In this document: one piece after another, positions 9,522 to 21,746 of the stretch
Layout of the letters: the number at the start of each line of letters is the position of its first letter
How positions within the stretch are numbered: position 1 is the stretch's first letter
Assembly (NCBI GenBank): GCA_965656585.1
Contig: CBFHLD010000001.1
Span: 1-49,640, forward strand
DNA from: Candidatus Izemoplasmataceae bacterium
Lineage (GTDB): Bacteria > Bacillota_I > Bacilli_A > Izemoplasmatales > Izemoplasmataceae
Direction of reading: 5' to 3'
Length of the DNA: 49,640 nucleotides
Made by a program: the position numbers and the translations under genes
Notes under the pieces: generated by a model
The model's database searches: none
Told to the model about the DNA's origin: nothing
Seen by the model: only the letters and a program-made list of their open reading frames with translations

Positions 9522-9572
9522 TTTTTCTATGATAGACTACATTCACTTTAATTATTAAATAAGGAGGACGCG

Positions 9573-10934
9573 ATGGATAACACAATCATGTGGGGAGAAA
9601 TCAAATCTCAGCTATCTCACGAACTCGAACCCGATACATTTCAAGAGATTTTTTCCAACATTGACACCATCTATGAAATAAAGAATAACTTCATCTACCT
9701 GATTGTGGCCAATGAATTCATCAAACGTCGCGTCGAGATGCTTTATTTAAAGAAAATGAATCGGATGCTTGAATCCTATGTGGAAGATAAACATGAATTC
9801 AGGCTAATCACCGAAGCCCAAGTGAGTGAAAAGATTAAATCTCAATCTGATTATGATGAATTGGATGACGAATATTCCTCCACCCAATCCAATTTAATAC
9901 CTGGATACACGTTTGATAACTTTGTCATTGGAAATTCAAACCGTCTGGCCTACACAAGCGCCATTAAAGTCGCCGATCAACCAGGAATTGTCGCAAACCC
10001 ACTGTATATTTTTGGGGATGTTGGTCTTGGTAAAACTCACTTGATGCACGCGATTGGAAATTACATCATCGAAGGCAATATTCACTCTAATGTTTTATAC
10101 ATCAAGGCTGATCAATTTGTCGAAGATTATGTGAAGCACGCCAACCGAAAGAAATATACCGAATTTACAAACCTATATAAAAATATTGATGTCTTACTCG
10201 TAGATGACATTCAATTTTTAGCCAAAAAAGAAAAATCACAAGAAGAATTTTTCAAACTCTTTGAAAAACTCTACCAACAGCAAAAACAAATTGTCATTTC
10301 ATCCGACCGTAAAGCTTCAGATTTAAGAGATATTATGGCCCGGTTAACCAGTCGGTTTGCCTGGGGCGTCAACGTTGATATCAACCGGCCGGATTTGGAA
10401 CATCGCATCAAAATTTTAGAGAAAAAACTCAACGCAGAAACCAGTGAACGCGATCTCATTCCGAAAAAGGTTTTAGAATACATTGCCTCCGTGTTTGACA
10501 ATAACGTAAGAGAACTGGAAGGCGCGTTAAAAAGAGTCCTCTTTTATTGCACCGCGTTTAACTATGAGTTTAGCATTAAAAACGCCGAAATTGCGCTCGA
10601 AAATCTCATCAAGCCTAAAGCAAGTAGTCGCGACTTCATGAAAGAAAAAATTACCAATGTGATGAGCGTCACCGCAGATTATTTTAAAATTTCGGTGAGT
10701 GACTTGGTCAGTAAAAAAAGAACGCGTAATTATCTATATCCCAGACAAGTGGCTATGTATCTCATCAAACATTTATACGACATTCCCTATAAAAAAATTG
10801 GCGAGTATTTTTCCCACCGCGATCACTCCACAGTCATGCATTCCGTCGAGAAAATTTACAACGATTTACACCTCGATGCAAACATCAAAGTGGATGTGGA
10901 AAAATTGTCGATTAAATGTGGAGAAACCGATTAA
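9573..10934 (+). CDS. dnaA: Chromosomal replication initiator protein DnaA
   Basis: AAA+ Walker A (GDVGLGKTHLMHAIG), Walker B (LLVDDIQFL), sensor motifs, and the C-terminal DnaA signature (RQVAMYLIKHL...IGEYFSHRDHSTVMHS). RBS aggagg lies 5 nt upstream. Confidence 0.98.
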   Translation: MDNTIMWGEIKSQLSHELEPDTFQEIFSNIDTIYEIKNNFIYLIVANEFIKRRVEMLYLKKMNRMLESYVEDKHEFRLITEAQVSEKIKSQSDYDELDDEYSSTQSNLIPGYTFDNFVIGNSNRLAYTSAIKVADQPGIVANPLYIFGDVGLGKTHLMHAIGNYIIEGNIHSNVLYIKADQFVEDYVKHANRKKYTEFTNLYKNIDVLLVDDIQFLAKKEKSQEEFFKLFEKLYQQQKQIVISSDRKASDLRDIMARLTSRFAWGVNVDINRPDLEHRIKILEKKLNAETSERDLIPKKVLEYIASVFDNNVRELEGALKRVLFYCTAFNYEFSIKNAEIALENLIKPKASSRDFMKEKITNVMSVTADYFKISVSDLVSKKRTRNYLYPRQVAMYLIKHLYDIPYKKIGEYFSHRDHSTVMHSVEKIYNDLHLDANIKVDVEKLSIKCGETD

Positions 10935-10987
10935 CGAAAGCATCGTTTTTCGCACCACTATGGTATAATTATGTGAGAAAAAAAGAG

Positions 10988-11042
10988 TTGTCCACATTTC
11001 CACACGACATAACAATAATAATACTTAAAAAAGAATATATTA
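10988..11042. other. oriC part 2: two adjacent DnaA boxes, then a DnaA-trio-like repeat and an AT-rich candidate unwinding element
   Basis: TTgTCCACA 10988-10996 and aTtTCCACA 10996-11004. After the spacer cgaca come TAA CAA TAA TAA TAC (11010-11024). An AT-rich stretch runs to ~11042. All of this lies in the dnaA-dnaN spacer. Confidence 0.65.
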
Positions 11043-11054
11043 AGGGGTGAAATT

Positions 11055-12179
11055 ATGCGGTTTCAAATGAACAAAGATAAACTTCTTTATCATCTTGTAA
11101 TTGTTCAAAAAGCGCTCTCTAATAAAACACCAAATCCAGCCCTCACTGGAATTAAATTAGAAGCGTTCAAAGATCGTCTCCAATTAACTACCAGCAATGG
11201 TGAAGTGTCGATTCACAAAGTGGTTCAAGATCCGTCGCTTTCGGTCGAACAAGAAGGGGCCGCGTTAATTCCAGGTCGTTACTTAGTCGAAATCATCCGC
11301 AAACTCGATGGTCAAAACGTATTGCTTTCAGCTTTAGAAGACAATTTACTCAAGATCGAAGCCGACCACTCAGACATCACGTTAAATCTTTTAGATTTAG
11401 AAGATTACCCGCACCTTTTATTTAAAGAAAGTGCTGAAGTGATTAAAGTCAATGTTCGGGTGTTTAAATCGTTGATTCGGCAAACTGCATTTGCCGCCTC
11501 ATCGGTCGAAAACCGTCCCATTCTTACGGGCGTTTATTTTAAACTCGAAGGTAATCAACTGACTGCGGTCGCCACGGACAGTTATCGCCTTGCAAAAAAA
11601 TCCATTGAACTTGATCAATCGTATGCCCCAACGGATGTCATTATCCCTTCGAAATCGTTAGAAGAGCTCGTACGGATTTTAGAAGACAACCAAAAAGAGG
11701 TGGAACTCCACTTCAGTCCATCCAACGTGTTATTTAAATATGACGGAACGGTTTTCTTATCGCGCTTGTTAGAAGGCAACTATCCCGAAACATCCAAACT
11801 GATTCCTAAAGAATTTCCGACCGAAGTTGTTTTCAACAAAGAACAATTATTGGTTGCCATTGAGCGGGCCAGCTTACTTTCTATCCGTGACGGCCAAAAT
11901 GCCATTGTCAAATGTGAGATTCGCGACGACGATGTGGTAGAAATATCCTCGTCATCCCCTGAAATTGGACGTGTATTGGAAGAATTAAATCCCGTTGAGG
12001 GTATTAAAGGGTCCGGCCTAAAAATCGCCTTCAGCTCGAAATTTTTAATGGATGCGCTCAAAAGCTTTAATTCATCTGAAATTAAAGTGGGCTTTACCGG
12101 GGAAATTAGACCGTTTGTCATGACCGGTGAATACGATCCAGATTCACTGCAACTCATCCTTCCAGTTAAAACCGATTAA
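11055..12179 (+). CDS. dnaN: DNA polymerase III beta sliding clamp
   Basis: 374 aa. The N-terminus MRFQMNKDKLL aligns with Bacillus MKFTIQKDRL, and LTGIKLEA and TDSYRLA motifs are present. Conserved position after dnaA. Confidence 0.96.
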   Translation: MRFQMNKDKLLYHLVIVQKALSNKTPNPALTGIKLEAFKDRLQLTTSNGEVSIHKVVQDPSLSVEQEGAALIPGRYLVEIIRKLDGQNVLLSALEDNLLKIEADHSDITLNLLDLEDYPHLLFKESAEVIKVNVRVFKSLIRQTAFAASSVENRPILTGVYFKLEGNQLTAVATDSYRLAKKSIELDQSYAPTDVIIPSKSLEELVRILEDNQKEVELHFSPSNVLFKYDGTVFLSRLLEGNYPETSKLIPKEFPTEVVFNKEQLLVAIERASLLSIRDGQNAIVKCEIRDDDVVEISSSSPEIGRVLEELNPVEGIKGSGLKIAFSSKFLMDALKSFNSSEIKVGFTGEIRPFVMTGEYDPDSLQLILPVKTD

Positions 12180-12187
12180 ACCCCTTT

Positions 12188-12216
12188 AAAAGACCTTTTC
12201 TAAGGTCTTTTTTTTT
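12188..12216 (+). terminator. Intrinsic terminator after dnaN
   Basis: aaaagacctt-ttct-aaggtctttt followed by a T-run. Confidence 0.75.
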
Positions 12217-12289
12217 GCCATTTCTAAATTGTTTTTTAGAGGGTTATACGGTATAATTAGGCATATATATAATATATGAAAGAGACCCC

Positions 12290-12495
12290 ATGACTCCGAT
12301 TGAAATTACGACCCCTTTTATCACGTTAGGTCAGCTCCTCAAGTACATCAATTTAGCATCGAGCGGTGGTGAGGTCAAAGCCCTCTTAGCCTCGGCTCGT
12401 ATTTTTGTGAATGATGAACCAGAAACCCGGCGCGGGAAAAAATGTTATCCCGGTGACCGGATTCAAATCAATGCGGATGCGTGGTGCATTATGCC

Positions 12496-12505
<10 letters not shown>
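12290..12505 (+). CDS. yaaA: S4-domain RNA-binding protein YaaA/RlbA
   Basis: 71 aa. ITLGQLLKYINLASSGGEVKALL...VNDEPETRRGKKCYPGD matches Bacillus YaaA. Conserved position between dnaN and recF. Confidence 0.88.
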
Positions 12506-15478
<2,973 letters not shown>

Positions 15479-15487
15479 GAGCGTGCC

Positions 15488-18046
15488 ATGCAAGACGATT
15501 TAATTAAACGCGATAAGATGGATGACATTAATATTAGCGACGAGATGCGCACATCGTTCCTTTCCTATGCGATGAGTGTCATTGTTGCACGGGCCTTACC
15601 AGACGTAAGAGATGGCCTTAAACCCGTGCATCGCCGGATTTTATACGGCATGGAAGAACTCGGCGTTCAGCCGGAAAAATCCTATAAAAAAAGTGCCCGA
15701 ATTGTTGGGGATGTCATGGGGAAATACCACCCCCATGGGGACTCGGCGATTTATGACGCGATGGTCCGTTTGGCCCAACCTTTTTCTACCCGCTATCCAC
15801 TCGTTAACGGGCACGGAAACTTTGGGTCCATTGATGGTGATGGGGCAGCTGCGATGCGGTATACCGAAGCCAAAATGGCTAAAATTGCGGCCGAAATGCT
15901 ATCAGACATCAAGAAAAATACGATTGATTTTCAAGATAATTACGATGGGTCTGAAAGTGAACCCGTGGTCCTTCCTTCCAAATTTCCCAACTTACTCGTC
16001 AACGGTGCCACTGGGATTGCGGTCGGGATGGCCACCAATATTCCGCCCCACAACTTGAGTGAAATTGTCGATGGGCTTTTATTATTACTCGAAGACCCAG
16101 AGGCGGATTTAGATGCCCTGATGGAAAAAATCCCAGGGCCTGATTTCCCAACAGGTGGCATTTTAATCGGTAAAACCGGGCTCAGAGAAGCCTATGAAAA
16201 TGGGAATGGCTCAATCAAAATTCGTTCAAAAGCGGAAATCAGTGAAACCAAGACCGGGAAACAGATGATTACCGTCACCGAAATTCCCTATCAAGTCAAT
16301 AAAACCCGTCTGTTAGAACGAATCGCTGAACTTGCGAAAGAAAAACGCTTAGAAGGCATCACCGATCTTCGGGATGAATCCAACCGTGAAGGCATCAAAA
16401 TCATTTTAGAACTCCGTAAAGATGTCAGTGCGGAAGTCACATTGAATAATTTATTTAAATACACCCCACTGCAGACGTCTTACGGCATTAACATGTTGGC
16501 ACTTGTTGACAATAAACCGGTGGTTTTAGGACTCAAACAAGCGTTGGTGCATTATTTGGATCACCAATTTGAAGTGTTGGTGAGAAAAACGGCATTTGAC
16601 TTAAAAAAAGCTGAAGAACGCAAACACATTTTAGATGGACTGGTCATCGCCTTAAATAATATTGACGCAATCATCGAAATCATCCGTGGGGCGTACGATG
16701 ATGCGGAAGCGAAAATCATGGAGAGTTTTAAACTCTCGAGTGAACAAGCCAAAGCCATCTTAGAAATGCGGCTGCGCCGCCTCAGTGGCTTAGAGCGTGA
16801 AAAAATAGAGTCAGAACTCCAAGATTTAGCGCTCGCCATTGAAGAATTTCAAGCCATCCTTAACTCTAAAGACAAACAAAAAGAAGTCATCACAGACGAA
16901 CTCAACACATTGAAAAAAACGTTTGGGGATGAACGGCGGACGGAAATTTCCTTGGCGATTGATTTAGACATCGAAGATGAAGATTTAATTCCGGTGGAAG
17001 ATGTCATGATTGTCATCACGCAAGCGGGCTATACCAAACGGATGCCCATCGACTTAGCGCGGACGCAAAACCGTGGTGGGGTTGGGGTGACTGGGCTTAA
17101 AACCAATGACGATGATGTTTTAGAACACATCATTTTAACGTCCACCCATGATTACTTGCTCTTTTTCACAAACAAAGGGCGAGTCTATAAACTCAAAGGG
17201 TACAAAATCCCCAGTTACGGACGCAATTCCAAAGGACTCCCCTTGGTGAATATCTTAAACTTCGAAGAGGGTGAAACCTTACAATCGGTGTCCACCATTC
17301 ATGACTTTGATCATGATGAATACCTCTTCTTCGTGACCAAAAAAGGCCGGGTCAAACGGACATCCATCCGGGCCTACCAAAACATCCGGGCCAATGGGAT
17401 TCGGGCGATTGACCTCAAAGAAAATGATGAACTCTTAGCCGTACGTCACACAAGCGGCGACCAAGACCTCATTTTAGGGGCTTCTAACGGGAAAGCCATT
17501 CGTTTCAAAGAAACCGATGTCCGCGTCATGGGCCGCACCGCCGCCGGTGTTTCGGGCATGCGCCTCGCAGACGGTGAAGAAGTCATTGGGGCGGCTCAAA
17601 TTACCGATGATGAGCAAACCATTTTAGTGGTCTCAGAAAAAGGCTACGGCAAGCGCTCTAAAGCCGAACTATACCGCCAGCAAAAACGCGGTGGACGCGG
17701 CGTCAAGACCTTACAAGTGACTGAAAAAAATGGACCCCTGGTCAAACTGAGAAGCGTCAGCGATGACGATGATTTAGTCTTAGTGTCCAACAAAGGCATG
17801 ATGATTCGCATCCCCATCATTCAAATATCCGAATCCGGAAGAGCCACCCAAGGCGTCCGTTTAATGCGCATGCAAAAAGATCAAAACGTGGCCAACATCG
17901 CCATTGTGAAACATGAAGATGAACCGGAAGAAACGTTACTCGATGGTTTAGAAAAAACACCCCTTAAGGTTCAAGAGACTAGCGTAGAAGAAAAAAGTGA
18001 GTCCGCACCTCAAGAATCACTCTTAGATTTACTGGACGAAGAATAA
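15488..18046 (+). CDS. gyrA: DNA gyrase subunit A
   Basis: [19 protein letters not shown], the QRDR segment [20 protein letters not shown], and the active-site region AAAMRYTE. It has C-terminal beta-pinwheel repeats and an acidic tail. Length 852 aa. Confidence 0.97.
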   Translation: MQDDLIKRDKMDDINISDEMRTSFLSYAMSVIVARALPDVRDGLKPVHRRILYGMEELGVQPEKSYKKSARIVGDVMGKYHPHGDSAIYDAMVRLAQPFSTRYPLVNGHGNFGSIDGDGAAAMRYTEAKMAKIAAEMLSDIKKNTIDFQDNYDGSESEPVVLPSKFPNLLVNGATGIAVGMATNIPPHNLSEIVDGLLLLLEDPEADLDALMEKIPGPDFPTGGILIGKTGLREAYENGNGSIKIRSKAEISETKTGKQMITVTEIPYQVNKTRLLERIAELAKEKRLEGITDLRDESNREGIKIILELRKDVSAEVTLNNLFKYTPLQTSYGINMLALVDNKPVVLGLKQALVHYLDHQFEVLVRKTAFDLKKAEERKHILDGLVIALNNIDAIIEIIRGAYDDAEAKIMESFKLSSEQAKAILEMRLRRLSGLEREKIESELQDLALAIEEFQAILNSKDKQKEVITDELNTLKKTFGDERRTEISLAIDLDIEDEDLIPVEDVMIVITQAGYTKRMPIDLARTQNRGGVGVTGLKTNDDDVLEHIILTSTHDYLLFFTNKGRVYKLKGYKIPSYGRNSKGLPLVNILNFEEGETLQSVSTIHDFDHDEYLFFVTKKGRVKRTSIRAYQNIRANGIRAIDLKENDELLAVRHTSGDQDLILGASNGKAIRFKETDVRVMGRTAAGVSGMRLADGEEVIGAAQITDDEQTILVVSEKGYGKRSKAELYRQQKRGGRGVKTLQVTEKNGPLVKLRSVSDDDDLVLVSNKGMMIRIPIIQISESGRATQGVRLMRMQKDQNVANIAIVKHEDEPEETLLDGLEKTPLKVQETSVEEKSESAPQESLLDLLDEE

Positions 18047-18076
18047 TTGAAAAGCACACGTTAAGAGTGCTATACT
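18047..18076 (+). promoter_or_regulatory. Promoter of the serS leader
   Basis: TTGAAA (18047-18052), an 18-nt spacer, then TGcTATACT (extended -10, hexamer 18071-18076). It lies immediately after the gyrA stop. Confidence 0.6.
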
Positions 18077-18082
18077 AAATCA

Positions 18083-18286
18083 AACAGTGAGACTAACGTC
18101 CCTTTACATGGATTAAAAAGAGACCTAAGAGCCGGTGAAATCTTGGGAATTCATCAGGGATTTTCCACCTCACGTAGTACACGGATCGCATCCGTTATCA
18201 GCGACTAAAGTGAACGAAACATTTCGTTAATCAGGGTGGCAACACGGGTACACTCGTCCCTACATAGGGGACGAGTGTTTTTTATT
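18083..18286 (+). promoter_or_regulatory. T-box riboswitch leader controlling serS
   Basis: Conserved leader elements appear in order: AGAGA / GGTGAAA distal-loop-like segment (18119-18140), AGTA box (18176-18179), F-box CCGTTA (18191-18196), and the T-box sequence AATCAGGGTGGCAACACGGG (18229-18248). The terminator is cactcgtccc-loop-gggacgagtg plus T6 (18250-18286). Confidence 0.85.
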
Positions 18287-18300
18287 ACAAGGAGGCTAAT

Positions 18301-19572
18301 ATGTTGGATTATCACGCTCTTAGAGAGCACAAAAAATCAATCATAAAGCGCTTAAATACGCGCGGAGAAGATTTTACTGAACGCATCGAATCCATCGTAA
18401 AGATGGATGAATCTAGACGGGCGATTTTGGTGGAGCTAGAAAGTCTAAAAGCATCTCGAAACCAACTGTCAAAACAAATTGGTGAAGCGAAGCGAAACGG
18501 GCAAGATGTCGCGGCCATTTTAGCGCAAGTGGAAGATTCCAAAACGCGCATTCAAACCTTAGAAAAAGACGCGCAGGCCGTGACGGATGCCATGAGTGAT
18601 GCGCTTCTTAGAATTCCTAATTTACCGCACGATGCGTGTCCGGTTGGGCCCGATGAAAGTGCCAATGTCGAAATACGCCGGGAAGGCACGCCGCGCCCAT
18701 TTGATTTTCCGCCCAAAGCCCACTGGGATATTGGGGTAGAAAAAGATTTATTGGATTTTGAACGGGCCGCTAAAATCAGTTCGTCACGCTTTGTGGTCTA
18801 TAAAAATGATGGAGCGAAACTTGAGCGCGCGCTCATCCAATTTATGATGGACACCCATAGTGCGAACGGCTATCAGGAGCTGATGCTTCCTTATTTAGTC
18901 AATGCCGCGAGTATGACTGCGACCGGGCAATTCCCTAAGTTTAAAGACGACGCATTTGAAGTTAATGATGAGCGTGGCCTATACCTTAATCCGACCGCGG
19001 AAGTCCCAGGAATTAATTTATACCGTGATGAAATTATTCCGTTGGCTGAGCTCCCGTTAAAATTTACTGCGTTTACCACGGCGTTTCGTCAAGAAGCGGG
19101 TAGTGCAGGGCGCGATACACGGGGCATTTTACGCCAACATCAATTCAATAAAGTGGAACTGATTAAATTTACCCATCCAGATACGTCCTACGCAGAACTC
19201 GATGAAATGTTAACGTCCAGTGAATCCATTCTTAAAGCGCTCAAACTTCCGTATAGAGTGGTTGAGTTATGTACTGGGGATTTGGGATTTTCAATGCGTA
19301 AAACCTACGACATTGAAGTGTATTTACCCTCTTATGAAACCTACCGCGAAATTGGTTCAATTTCCAATGCTGAGGATTACCAAGCCCGCCGTGGCAACAT
19401 TCGCTTTAAAGCTGGGGCGAAAGATAAACCAGAATACGTCCATACATTAAATGGCTCTGGCTTGGCGGTAGGAAGGACATGGATTGCGGTGGTGGAAAAC
19501 TACCAAAACGCCGACGGGACGATCACCGTTCCCGATGTGTTAGTTCCTTACATGAAAAAAGAACAGTTCTAA
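18301..19572 (+). CDS. serS: Seryl-tRNA synthetase
   Basis: 423 aa with an N-terminal coiled-coil arm and class II motifs (TAFRQEAGSAGRDTRGILRQHQFNKVE; GSGLAVGRTWIAVVENYQ). RBS aggagg is upstream. Confidence 0.97.
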   Translation: MLDYHALREHKKSIIKRLNTRGEDFTERIESIVKMDESRRAILVELESLKASRNQLSKQIGEAKRNGQDVAAILAQVEDSKTRIQTLEKDAQAVTDAMSDALLRIPNLPHDACPVGPDESANVEIRREGTPRPFDFPPKAHWDIGVEKDLLDFERAAKISSSRFVVYKNDGAKLERALIQFMMDTHSANGYQELMLPYLVNAASMTATGQFPKFKDDAFEVNDERGLYLNPTAEVPGINLYRDEIIPLAELPLKFTAFTTAFRQEAGSAGRDTRGILRQHQFNKVELIKFTHPDTSYAELDEMLTSSESILKALKLPYRVVELCTGDLGFSMRKTYDIEVYLPSYETYREIGSISNAEDYQARRGNIRFKAGAKDKPEYVHTLNGSGLAVGRTWIAVVENYQNADGTITVPDVLVPYMKKEQF

Positions 19573-19607
19573 AAAAAGTGAGTGCATGGGATATGCACTC
19601 ACTTTTT
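19571..19607. terminator. Bidirectional terminator between convergent serS and the HIT gene
   Basis: gtgagtgcat-gggat-atgcactcac, flanked by an A-run on one side and a T-run on the other. Confidence 0.8.
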
Positions 19608-20012
19608 AACGTGATGTTTGATGGATGCTTGTAAAGCACTAAACGCCTGATCATCCACGGGTGATATTTCTTTATCCAATCCCAGATAAAGGCCATCGTC
19701 GGAAAACCGAGGGATCAAATGAAAATGAAGATGAAATACACTTTGAAGTGGTTTATCGTTGTTATTAATGAGATTTAAACCAATCGGATTTAAAGCATCT
19801 TTTAAGGCTTGCGCCACAACCGGTAAGGCTTCATAGACGGGTTTGGCGATTTCAGGTGTCATTTCATACAGATTACTCACGTGTTTTTTTGGAATGACTA
19901 ACGTATGACCTGGAGTGACTTGAGAAATGTCTAAAAACGCGAGCACTTCTTCGGTTTCGTACACCTTATAAGCGGGAATTGTTCCGTCTACAATTTGGCA
20001 AAATAAACACAT
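19599..20012 (-). CDS. HIT-family nucleotide hydrolase/transferase (Hint-like)
   Basis: From ATG at 20012 the protein reads MCLFCQIVDGTIPAYKVYETEEVLAFLDISQVTPGHTLVIPKKH, with the histidine triad HLHFHLIP. RBS gaggtg lies 4 nt upstream. The track start at 20075 would overlap the upstream gene by 62 nt and is rejected. Confidence 0.9.
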   Translation of the reverse strand: MCLFCQIVDGTIPAYKVYETEEVLAFLDISQVTPGHTLVIPKKHVSNLYEMTPEIAKPVYEALPVVAQALKDALNPIGLNLINNNDKPLQSVFHLHFHLIPRFSDDGLYLGLDKEISPVDDQAFSALQASIKHHVKK

Positions 20013-20013
20013 T

Positions 20014-20670
20014 TTACACCTCGAGTTTTTGAGAAATATAGTGAACGATGTCATCCATCGTATCAAACACGACATCTGGATTCACTTGATTTAAAAAAGT
20101 CTTCCCTTTGATACTCCAGGCGACACCGGCTCCTTCAATCCCAGCATTTTGACCAGAGAGAATATCCCCATGATTGTCCCCAATCATAATGGCATAATCA
20201 GCACCACCCAGTCTTTTTAACGCGACGTCTACCGGTTCTTTATGCGGTTTAGGATTCTTCACATCATCTAAGGCCACAAAAGCATCAAAGAAAGCATCCA
20301 ATTGATAATGCGTGAAACTGCGCCAGGCAGCCTCTTTAAATTTAGAAGTAACAATACTGAGTTTAACTCCGAGATTTTTTAAATCCATTAACCCTTTGAC
20401 AACCCCGGGATAGAGTGTATGATGAAGCCCTTCATTGGCCACATAATAATCTCTGTATGTTTGGATCATTGGGGCAATTTGATCGGCACTCACATAGTCT
20501 TTAAAGACCATTTCAAGGGTGGGCCCTATAAACGTCAGAACATCCTCTCGACTCAATTTTAAATCCGGACGAAAACTTTTAAACGCATGAAAGTAACTTT
20601 CGATGATGATTTCGTTCGAATCAATCAGCGTTCCATCTAAATCAAATAAAACTGCAATATTTTTTGGCAT
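20014..20670 (-). CDS. HAD-superfamily phosphatase (PpaX / phosphoglycolate-phosphatase-like)
   Basis: HAD motif I FDLDGTLIDS, motif II VTSK, motif III/IV K...GDNHGDI. The length and N-terminus resemble Bacillus PpaX. Confidence 0.85.
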   Translation of the reverse strand: MPKNIAVLFDLDGTLIDSNEIIIESYFHAFKSFRPDLKLSREDVLTFIGPTLEMVFKDYVSADQIAPMIQTYRDYYVANEGLHHTLYPGVVKGLMDLKNLGVKLSIVTSKFKEAAWRSFTHYQLDAFFDAFVALDDVKNPKPHKEPVDVALKRLGGADYAIMIGDNHGDILSGQNAGIEGAGVAWSIKGKTFLNQVNPDVVFDTMDDIVHYISQKLEV

Positions 20671-20712
20671 TTTTCACCTCGGATTCATTTTACCAAAGAT
20701 TCGAAGCCACCG

Positions 20713-20740
20713 TTGAAAAAAGCCCAAAAAACCTTATAAT
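20713..20740 (+). promoter_or_regulatory. Promoter for pta
   Basis: TTGAAA (20713-20718), a 16-nt spacer, then TATAAT (20735-20740). Confidence 0.6.
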
Positions 20741-20763
20741 AATGACGAATAGAGGTGACGATT

Positions 20764-21711
20764 TTGGCACAAATAATGAATGAGTTAAAAGCAAAAATCA
20801 ACGGAAAAAATATTCCCATCGTTTTTCCTGAAGGTCAGGATGAACGGATTGTCGCCGCGGTGAACCGGCTCGCGGAGGAATCTTTACTGCATCCGATCTT
20901 AATTGGACCCGTCAACGGTGAGGTCCACCCGAATGTGGAAGTCATCGATCCAGAAGATTACTTAGGAAAAGAAACAATGTTTGAAGCGTTTATGGAGCGG
21001 CGCAAAGGGAAACATACTGAAAGTGAAGCTCGTGACCTTCTTAAACAACAAAACTACTTCGGAACGATGCTTGTGTATCAAGGTTTAGCTAAGGGCTTAG
21101 TCAGTGGAGCCATCCAGTCCACAGGAGATACCGTGCGCCCAGCGTTACAAATCATTAAAACTAAGCCTGGAATTCAACGCGCTTTTGGCTACTTTTTGAT
21201 GTTGCGAGACGACGAGAAATATTTAATGGCAGATTGTGCCATAAACCCGAATCCAACGGCCGAAGAATTAGCCCAATTTGCGGTTGAAACCGGTAAAATA
21301 GCTTCCATGTACAACATCGACCCTAAAGTTGGGATGTTGTCATTTTCAACCGATGGATCCGGAGTGACGGATGAATCGATTAAAGTGAAAAAAGCCACAG
21401 AACTTGCCCAAGCCATGGCCCCAGAAATGGCCATCGACGGTGAGATGCAGTTTGACTCGGCGTTTGTCCCATCCGTGGCTAAGAAGAAATTTCCATCGTC
21501 CAGCGTCGCTGGGAATGTGAATGTTTTTGTTTTCCCCACACTTGATGCGGGAAACATCGGATACAAGATTGCTCAGCGATTGGGCCATTTTGAAGCCATC
21601 GGGCCGATATTAGCAGGCCTCAATCAACCGGTGAATGATTTATCGCGTGGATGTGATGTGGACGATGTCTATCACTTAGCCATTATCACCGCCGCACAAG
21701 CAATTTATTAG
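20764..21711 (+). CDS. pta: Phosphate acetyltransferase
   Basis: Strong collinearity with Bacillus Pta (IVFPEG.DERI, DTVRPALQIIKTKPG, ADCAINPNP, GEMQFDSAFVPSVA, NVFVFPTLDAGNIGYKIAQRLG, NDLSRGC). The start is uncertain. TTG 20764 has RBS GAGGTG 6 nt upstream and gives the same N-terminal length as the Bacillus protein. GTG 20755 (the track start) and ATG 20776 are alternatives. Confidence 0.92.
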   Translation: MAQIMNELKAKINGKNIPIVFPEGQDERIVAAVNRLAEESLLHPILIGPVNGEVHPNVEVIDPEDYLGKETMFEAFMERRKGKHTESEARDLLKQQNYFGTMLVYQGLAKGLVSGAIQSTGDTVRPALQIIKTKPGIQRAFGYFLMLRDDEKYLMADCAINPNPTAEELAQFAVETGKIASMYNIDPKVGMLSFSTDGSGVTDESIKVKKATELAQAMAPEMAIDGEMQFDSAFVPSVAKKKFPSSSVAGNVNVFVFPTLDAGNIGYKIAQRLGHFEAIGPILAGLNQPVNDLSRGCDVDDVYHLAIITAAQAIY

Positions 21712-21732
21712 GGCTCATAAGAGCCCTTTTTT
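21711..21732 (+). terminator. Intrinsic terminator after pta
   Basis: gggctc-ataa-gagccc followed by T6. Confidence 0.7.
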
Positions 21733-21746
21733 AAAAGAGGTAAGGG

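Noticed and set aside
9327-9551. 74-aa plus-strand ORF between rpmH and dnaA
   Set aside because: It spans the DnaA-box cluster of oriC, has no RBS, and its odd sequence is generated by the boxes themselves. I treat it as non-coding origin DNA.
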